A stretch of DNA of 64,000 bases from Fimbriimonadales bacterium (GTDB lineage: Bacteria > Armatimonadota > Fimbriimonadia > Fimbriimonadales > ATM1), in NCBI GenBank assembly GCA_051003155.1, contig JBPCLO010000041.1, positions 18,433 to 82,432 of the forward strand, read 5' to 3'. The notes beneath the pieces are model-generated. The model made no database searches and was not told where the DNA came from. It was given only the letters and a program-made list of their open reading frames with translations. The position numbers and the translations under genes were made by a program. The stretch's first letter is position 1, and each line of letters opens with the position of its first letter. Of this stretch, positions 58,264-64,000 are shown in pieces.

Positions 58264-59555
58264 TCGTCGCACTCGTCGCCGCTGCCGTCCTCTCGGGGCC
58301 TCAGCTCACTCGCTTGAGCAACGGCATTCCTGTCATCGTGCATCAGCGGCCTGACTCTCTGAGCGTCACTCTGCAGGCGCTTGTGCGCCTCGACGATCTG
58401 AACCCGGCGGAGCTTGCAGAGGCGGAGGTAGTTGCCGGCGCGCTCTTCGGTGAAACGGACAGCTTCTCGCTCCAAGAGTTCCAGCGGCTGGCATGGTCGA
58501 TCGGAGGCAACGTCAGCGCCGAGGTCTCAGGCGACTGCTTGCGCGTCGAGGTCACGACCGTGAAGTCTCACCTGCATCCTGCGATCTCGTTCCTGACCGA
58601 CGCCTTGCGACGGCCGACTTTCAACCGCGGTGCGCTCGAAGACGGCCACCGGTACCGTGACCGGCTTCACACCTTCATTTCCCAGAATCCGCCGTTTCTC
58701 GGCGTCCGAAGTTTGTTGGCGAGCCTTTCTGCTGGCCCGGCTTATGTGCGCCAGGTTTCCGCGGGCCGTGCAAAGGCGTTGCACCAAAGGTACGTGCGTC
58801 CCGAGCGGATGGCCGTCGCCGTGGTTGGTGACGTTGCACCCGAGTCGATCGCGACAGCGCTATCGTCCTTGGGTGGCTGGACACCGGATCTTCCGGGCAG
58901 AATGACGCTCGCGAAGGGCGAGAAGTGGGGGTCTGCGGACCGGTTCGATTCCTCGATTGTAGCGGCAAGGGGCCCGAAGGCGGGAGCGTCCGACTTCCCC
59001 GCGTGGATGACCTACTGCGCCACCGTGGCACAGGGCAAGGGCTCAGCGATTTCTAAGGAGTTCCGCGACAAGCGCGGCTGGTCGTACATCCAGGGCGTCG
59101 TCTTTTCGTTTCGGGCGGCGGAGAGCCTCGCGGCATTTTACGTATCGTATTCTTATGCGGCGGACACCAAAGCCAGGACCGCAGAACTCGCGGCGTTTCT
59201 CAAATCGCTGACAATCGACGAATCCGCGGTGAACCGCGCAAAGGCGTTCCTCGCCGGCCGATACGCAGTTGGACGATCCGAGTCGGCAATGCGCCTCGGC
59301 GCCTTCACGCACGGCCATATCGCCCCGAACGAGCAGGCCTTCTGGTCGGCTTGGTGGGAACTCAAGGGCGCCGAGCTCGGCATGGACGCGCGCTTCCCGG
59401 AGCTTGTGAAGGCGATAACCCTCGACGACGTGCGAAATGCTGCCAAGAAATCGGCGGAGACTTTTCACCCTTTCAGCGACACCGCGAAACTAACTAAATT
59501 GCGAGCGTCAAAATTTGGAGACTCTTATGCGCCGGACGGGATTTACACTTATTGA
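58260..59555 (+). CDS. M16 family peptidase-like (non-catalytic) subunit
   Basis: [26 protein letters not shown]; no HxxEH; ATGA-coupled to the upstream M16 gene. Confidence 0.82.
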   Translation: MIVALVAAAVLSGPQLTRLSNGIPVIVHQRPDSLSVTLQALVRLDDLNPAELAEAEVVAGALFGETDSFSLQEFQRLAWSIGGNVSAEVSGDCLRVEVTTVKSHLHPAISFLTDALRRPTFNRGALEDGHRYRDRLHTFISQNPPFLGVRSLLASLSAGPAYVRQVSAGRAKALHQRYVRPERMAVAVVGDVAPESIATALSSLGGWTPDLPGRMTLAKGEKWGSADRFDSSIVAARGPKAGASDFPAWMTYCATVAQGKGSAISKEFRDKRGWSYIQGVVFSFRAAESLAAFYVSYSYAADTKARTAELAAFLKSLTIDESAVNRAKAFLAGRYAVGRSESAMRLGAFTHGHIAPNEQAFWSAWWELKGAELGMDARFPELVKAITLDDVRNAAKKSAETFHPFSDTAKLTKLRASKFGDSYAPDGIYTY

Positions 59556-60102
59556 GTTGCTCGTCGTCGTCGCCATTATTGCGATTTTGACGGCGATTCT
59601 GATGCCCGTCGCCGCCTCGGCAGGGCGCGCGGCGAAGCGCAGCGCCTGCCTTCAGAACCTAAGACAGATCGGCGTGGCCCTACGCATTTACCGAGACGAA
59701 AACGATGCCCGCATGCCAGAGCGGCTGAGCACGCTCGCGCCGGCTCATGTACTCGATAACCGGCTGCTTCTCTGCCCGATGGATCGATTGAATGGCCTGC
59801 ACGAGGGGACGCCTAGACTGGAAGGCGACACCTATCTTGAGAGCGGAGTCAGCTACACGTGGCTGCCGAACTGGGCAAAAGCGCATGAATGGGGTTGGTG
59901 GAATCCGTGGCCGGAAAGCGGCGAGGGAAAATGGGGCGACCAGACGCCGGTATCCGAGTGCCATTGGCACTGGTCCACGAAGTTCCACCGCGACTGGGAA
60001 CTCGATAAGGTCAAGGGCAAGCGCGGGAGTGAGCTCGTCTTGATGCTCGGCGGTTCGATCCGCTCTTGGAGCACGAATATCTCTGAGTGGGCGGGGGAAT
60101 AA
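59527..60102 (+). CDS. Prepilin-type N-terminal cleavage/methylation domain protein
   Basis: [28 protein letters not shown]. Confidence 0.9.
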   Translation: MRRTGFTLIELLVVVAIIAILTAILMPVAASAGRAAKRSACLQNLRQIGVALRIYRDENDARMPERLSTLAPAHVLDNRLLLCPMDRLNGLHEGTPRLEGDTYLESGVSYTWLPNWAKAHEWGWWNPWPESGEGKWGDQTPVSECHWHWSTKFHRDWELDKVKGKRGSELVLMLGGSIRSWSTNISEWAGE

Positions 60103-60134
60103 CTTCGGCCTACGATCCTGCCAGAATAGGGGGC

Positions 60135-60380
60135 ATGCGCGTCAAGATCGTCTTCTGCGTCGACTGAGATTACACTTCCAGAGCCGTCGGTCTGGCGGAG
60201 GTGATTGTCGAGGAACTGAAAGTCGGGCTCAATACCCAGCACCCCGTGGAATTGGTCGAGCTCGTCCCCGCTTCCGGCGGGGTTTTCGATGTCTACCGCG
60301 ATGGGGAGAGAATTTTCTCGAAGAAGGATGAGGGCGACCACGCCGACCCCTCGGCAATCATCCGCATGCTCCAGAAGTAG
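60135..60380 (+). CDS. SelW/SelT/SelH (Rdx family) selenoprotein, CxxU motif; absent from the ORF track
   Basis: MRVKIVFCVD-TGA(60165-67)-DYTSRAVGLAE...ASGGVFDVYRDGERIFSKK...MLQK*; Rdx motifs on both sides of the TGA; SECIS-like hairpin directly downstream. Confidence 0.88.
60168..60208 (+). promoter_or_regulatory. Putative bacterial SECIS element
   Basis: CACTT/AGGTG lower stem and CCAGA/TCTGG upper stem around GCCGTCGG, with G in the apical loop, immediately 3' of the UGA. Confidence 0.65.
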
Positions 60381-60404
60381 CGCCGCCGTCTGGGCGGCAT
60401 CACG

Positions 60405-60884
60405 CTAACCGAGCGTCTTCAGATGATCGAGCACGGCCTTCGCCTCGGCGCCTCCCGCCTCCGCGTGGGCGATCAGCGGGATTCCGTGCGGCCCGCCGGA
60501 CTTCGCCATGTTCGGATGTTTGGCGAGATACGCCTTCACCACATCCAGTTCGCCCAACATAGCGGCGACGAAGATGTCGGTCCTCGCCCCGTTCTCGATC
60601 AGGAAGAGCGCGATGTCCCTTCGCCCCATATGACCGGCCCCGCCGATGGCAGACTCGAAATCTCCGCCTCCCCAATCCCACGTGGCGTTGAGAAGCGCAG
60701 GCGTCTTGGCGAGCAACGTTTTCGTCTTATCGAAGGCGCCATGGGCGGCAATCACGAACTCCTTGACCAGATCGGCCGGCAATGCGGGAGGTTTGTCCAT
60801 TTTTTGTGCCTTGATCGGAAGTGCGGCTGAGCAGAGGGCCGCCGCCGATGCGTAGAGTATATTCCTGCGCGTGTAGGTTTCCAT
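60405..60884 (-). CDS. Ankyrin-like protein with Tat-type signal
   Basis: TRRNIL Tat-like motif; AAHG, WDWGGGDFE, DIFVAAMLG ankyrin-like helices. Confidence 0.75.
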   Translation of the reverse strand: METYTRRNILYASAAALCSAALPIKAQKMDKPPALPADLVKEFVIAAHGAFDKTKTLLAKTPALLNATWDWGGGDFESAIGGAGHMGRRDIALFLIENGARTDIFVAAMLGELDVVKAYLAKHPNMAKSGGPHGIPLIAHAEAGGAEAKAVLDHLKTLG

Positions 60885-60969
60885 CTCATTGCGGAATACG
60901 ACACGGTGGGGAGTTACATCAGCAATTTTGAAACGACCGAAGCAATTTTCGCGCTCAGCAGTTTGCCCA

Positions 60970-61377
60970 TTACCGGGGAGGACTCGTTGCCGGGAGGACG
61001 GGAGGACTGCTGACTTCAGGATCAGGCAAGTCGCCAATAACGACGCATTCGTTTGCGCAGCCGAAGGCTGAAAGCATCGATGCAACAGCGACGCCCCACG
61101 CCCACGCCAACCGCGTGCGCGCTTTCCGAAAGCCGGCGGGGCGATCTCGCGTCACTACGCTGCCGTCCTTGTGCCGGCAATATCGAACGCAAAGGCGGCC
61201 ACGCCGCTCGGACACCAGGCGCGCGGCTTCGTCCGCGCTCATCGCGGAAAGATTGAATACGTGTAGCCGGCAGTGGCCGCAGAAGCGCACCCCGTCGTCG
61301 CCCTCCATCTCGTCCCAGTCGGCGTGACAGGGCGACGCGACGCGCGCGCTCTGGAGGATGTCTTGCTTCCGGATCAT
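60970..61377 (-). CDS. Cys-rich hypothetical membrane protein (putative metal-binding)
   Basis: SPCHADWDEM.G....RFCGHC...V.NLS...LCVRY followed by one TM segment. Confidence 0.72.
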   Translation of the reverse strand: MIRKQDILQSARVASPCHADWDEMEGDDGVRFCGHCRLHVFNLSAMSADEAARLVSERRGRLCVRYCRHKDGSVVTRDRPAGFRKARTRLAWAWGVAVASMLSAFGCANECVVIGDLPDPEVSSPPVLPATSPPR

Positions 61378-61386
61378 ACAAGGTGA

Positions 61387-61686
61387 GTGTCGAAGAAGCG
61401 GCTAAGGTTCACGCGAAACAATGAAGGCACCAGGGAAGCGCTCGTTGGACTCGTGATGGCAATCGTGAGTATATTCTCTCTCGATTGGTTCACTAATCCG
61501 CTTGTGGAAACCGTTTCATCCAGGAGCGAATATGTCCTCGCGGTTCCAATTCTTCCGGCCCTCCTTGCCCTGGTAGGTCTGATCATGGCCGTCCGCTTCT
61601 TGTTCAAAGGGGATGTCTTGATAGTTACCGGAGTCGCCGCTGGTGGGACGCTGCTGAGACGTCATCGCGAAGAAAAGCAGACTTAA
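61387..61686 (+). CDS. Small hypothetical membrane protein
   Basis: 99 aa with 2-3 hydrophobic segments; no recognisable motif. Confidence 0.4.
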   Translation: MSKKRLRFTRNNEGTREALVGLVMAIVSIFSLDWFTNPLVETVSSRSEYVLAVPILPALLALVGLIMAVRFLFKGDVLIVTGVAAGGTLLRRHREEKQT

Positions 61687-61830
61687 TTTCGCCTCTCCCG
61701 CCCCAAGTGAGAGGCGGGTAGTCTGGCTCCGTGAGTGGGCGCTTAGAATAAGCGCTCCGCCACTTCCGTCAGCGCCGATCCGTGACCTACCCATGACATT
61801 CAAGGCGCGAGCAAGCTCGCGCGCTCCCAA

Positions 61831-63048
61831 TTACAGCCCCGAGCCGCTGAGCGCGCGCTCGAACTGGGACCATCGCTGCTCGAGCGAGCCGGTGAGGCCG
61901 AGCGAGAAGCGGATGAGACCCGGTGAGAGAGCGATGGCCTTCCGGTCCTCGTCGGAGAGTTCGCTCGAAGTCGTCCCGGCCGAGGCCGACATCAGCGTGT
62001 CGAAATAGCCGAGGCTGACGGCGATGTAGCCAAACCGATCCTTCTGCAAAAGCTCCATAAAGTCGTAGGCGCGCTCGGTAGTCTCCAAGTCGAGGCAAAA
62101 CACCCCGCCCGCGCCGAACCCCTCGTTCGACATCCGTTGCAAAAGCTCGTGCTGAGGGTGCGATGGCAGGCCGGGATAGATCACGCTGAGGCCGCGCCCC
62201 TCGAGCTTCTCGGCGAAGAACCGCGCGCGGAGGCTGTGCTCTTTCATGCGCAGTCCCAGGTGCGGAAGGCGCAGACTCAGCTCGAACGCGACTTTTGGGT
62301 CCATCGTCGGACCGCAGAGCATGAGCGTGCCGGCGTTCACGTCCATGAGTTCCATGATGAACTGCTTGCTGGCGCAGATTGCGCCTGCGATGATGTCGGA
62401 CGCGCCGCTCAGGAACTTCGTCATGCTGTGGACAACGACGTCCGCGCCGTGGCGAGCGGGTGTGAGGATCATGGGCGAGAAAGTGTTGTCTACAACGAGT
62501 TTCGCGCCGTGCCGGTGGGCGATTACGGCGAGCTTGGGGATGTCGGCGATGATAAGCGTGGGGTTGCCGAGCGACTCGATGTAGAGGACCTTCGTCCGGT
62601 CGGTGAACGCGCTTTCGACGGCGTCCAGGTCTGTGATATCGGCCATCGTCGTGCTGATTCCGCATTTGTCCGGCAACAGGTTCTTCAGGACAGCATACGC
62701 GCCGCCGTAGATCACTCGGCTGGAAACGATGTGGTCGCCCTGCGAGCAGAGCTGCATCAGGGTCGAGACGATCGCGCTCATGCCGCTGGCCGTGCAGTAA
62801 GCCGCCCCGGTTCCCTCGATCGCGGCCATTTCCTTGGCGAGGGAGTAGACGGTGGGGTTGAAGTGCCGCCCGTAGAGGTAGCATCCACCCTCCGGACCGC
62901 GCCTTCCCCCGAAGATCTCGGGCATGAGTTCGGCTTCCATGACCGTGAAGGTCGTGCTCGCCTCGATCGACATGTTGACGCCGCCGTGCTCGCCGAATTC
63001 GTGCCGCATAGCCGCGAGTGACTCGTGAGGATCGAACTGCTCGCTCAT
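61831..63048 (-). CDS. Methionine gamma-lyase (Cys/Met metabolism PLP enzyme)
   Basis: HEFGEHGGVNMSIEAS, YGRHFNPT, ASGMSAI, VDNTF, HSMTKFLSG (PLP Lys), AVSLG. Confidence 0.9.
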   Translation of the reverse strand: MSEQFDPHESLAAMRHEFGEHGGVNMSIEASTTFTVMEAELMPEIFGGRRGPEGGCYLYGRHFNPTVYSLAKEMAAIEGTGAAYCTASGMSAIVSTLMQLCSQGDHIVSSRVIYGGAYAVLKNLLPDKCGISTTMADITDLDAVESAFTDRTKVLYIESLGNPTLIIADIPKLAVIAHRHGAKLVVDNTFSPMILTPARHGADVVVHSMTKFLSGASDIIAGAICASKQFIMELMDVNAGTLMLCGPTMDPKVAFELSLRLPHLGLRMKEHSLRARFFAEKLEGRGLSVIYPGLPSHPQHELLQRMSNEGFGAGGVFCLDLETTERAYDFMELLQKDRFGYIAVSLGYFDTLMSASAGTTSSELSDEDRKAIALSPGLIRFSLGLTGSLEQRWSQFERALSGSGL

Positions 63049-63102
63049 GGTCGGAGAATAGCACGGGCAGGAAGTCCGGGCTCGTCCACCGAAATTGGAG
63101 AT

Positions 63103-63390
63103 ATGTATATGGTTGTATCTCGTTGGAGGCCCGTGGCAGGCCGCGAAGCTGATTTCGAAGCTTTGGGAAGCCAGGCTAGGACACGTATGCGACAGATTGA
63201 TGGCGTCGACATAATCGAGGCGTTCAAATCCGGTGGTGAGGTGGTAGTCGTGGCGGGTTATTCCAACGCCGATGCCTACCGGCGGATCGTCGAAGACGAG
63301 AAAGGCCCATTCTCTACGATCGCGTCGGAGGTAGGGATCGAGCAAGCCGGCGAGTGGCTCAGTTCGGAACGCGGCGAAACGTTGGGCTAA
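63103..63390 (+). CDS. Small dimeric alpha-beta barrel (ABM-like) protein
   Basis: RBS GGAG; MYMVVSRWRPVAGREADFE pattern. Confidence 0.65.
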   Translation: MYMVVSRWRPVAGREADFEALGSQARTRMRQIDGVDIIEAFKSGGEVVVVAGYSNADAYRRIVEDEKGPFSTIASEVGIEQAGEWLSSERGETLG

Positions 63391-63420
63391 GCCCGGGAAC
63401 AGGGGGTATCGTCTTGACCT

Positions 63421-64000
63421 ATGGTCGCGCTGCTCGCCGCTGTCTACCTTACGATTCCCGCCGAGTACACGTTTACCGAGGTGCTGGCTATTCCTCCCGT
63501 GGGACAGGGCGGCCGCTCGGCAACGCATACCGACGCCATCGAGAAACAGATCGTCCTGGGAACGTTCGTTCAGCCAAGGGGTGGCGAGAGCGTAACGCTC
63601 GCCGACGGCAAAGCCCGAATGTGGAATCCTGCCAAGGCCAACGGCGAAGGCTGGTTCGAGGGGGAAGGGTTTTCAGGCGGATACGCATTCGCGAGCTACG
63701 ATTCGCCTGAGCCGCGGGTTATGCTTCTGGAGGCCTCGGGCCACAGCATGGTCTATGTCAACGGCACGCCGCGAGCGGGCGACGTTTACGGCTACGGGTA
63801 TCTCCGACTCCCCGTTCTGTTGAGCAAGGGAAACAACACCCTCCTGTTCGCCACAGGGCGCGGCAGGATGCGCGCAAAGCTGGTTGCGCCGAAGTCTGGT
63901 GTCGCGTTCGACCTCGGTGATCCGACGCTGCCCGACTTCGTTACCGGAGAGAGCCCGCCGATGTCCGCTGGTGTGGTCCTCACCAAAACTCCCGAATCGG
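63421..64000 (+). CDS. Secreted protein, 3'-truncated by window edge (possibly N-terminus of a hydrolase/peptidase)
   Basis: Open frame from ATG 63421 to the window end: MVALLAAVYLTIPA...GGYAFASY...HSMVYVNGTPRAGDVYGYG... Confidence 0.7.
   Translation, partial: MVALLAAVYLTIPAEYTFTEVLAIPPVGQGGRSATHTDAIEKQIVLGTFVQPRGGESVTLADGKARMWNPAKANGEGWFEGEGFSGGYAFASYDSPEPRVMLLEASGHSMVYVNGTPRAGDVYGYGYLRLPVLLSKGNNTLLFATGRGRMRAKLVAPKSGVAFDLGDPTLPDFVTGESPPMSAGVVLTKTPES

Noticed and set aside
61690..61830. Cluster of short hairpins as a possible ncRNA
   Set aside because: Explained by terminator or REP-like palindromes between convergent genes; no family motif recognised.

Overview
Bacterial chromosomal segment of about 60% GC. 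The gene content (LPS/BamA/TamB cluster, PEP-CTERM and prepilin-type proteins, secreted beta-propellers) suggests Armatimonadota (Fimbriimonadales-like); this is inference only. Most of it is housekeeping: hslU (partial), gyrB, polA, tRNA-Leu(CAA), two glutamate dehydrogenases, a lipA-tamB-ECF sigma-bamA-skp-skp-like-lpxD-lpxC-fabZ-lpxA-lpxB outer-membrane cluster, egtD-egtB with a betaine-type ABC importer, folK, a PilC-like gene, radA, yebC, a K+/H+ antiporter, a GH27 enzyme, an M16 peptidase pair and a Met gamma-lyase. Signals not visible in the ORF track: (1) a c-di-AMP (ydaO) riboswitch with terminator whose read-through product looks like a ~150-nt structured non-coding RNA carrying an anti-Shine-Dalgarno motif, rather than a protein gene; (2) a SelW/Rdx selenoprotein (CxxU, in-frame TGA plus SECIS-like hairpin); (3) two homologous mini-genes made of a signal peptide and a shared C-terminal tail; (4) three genes broken by single lesions (amber codon, 1-nt deletion, 17-bp tandem duplication); (5) several REP/MITE-like palindromic elements. 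No CRISPR array, integrase or transposase was seen.
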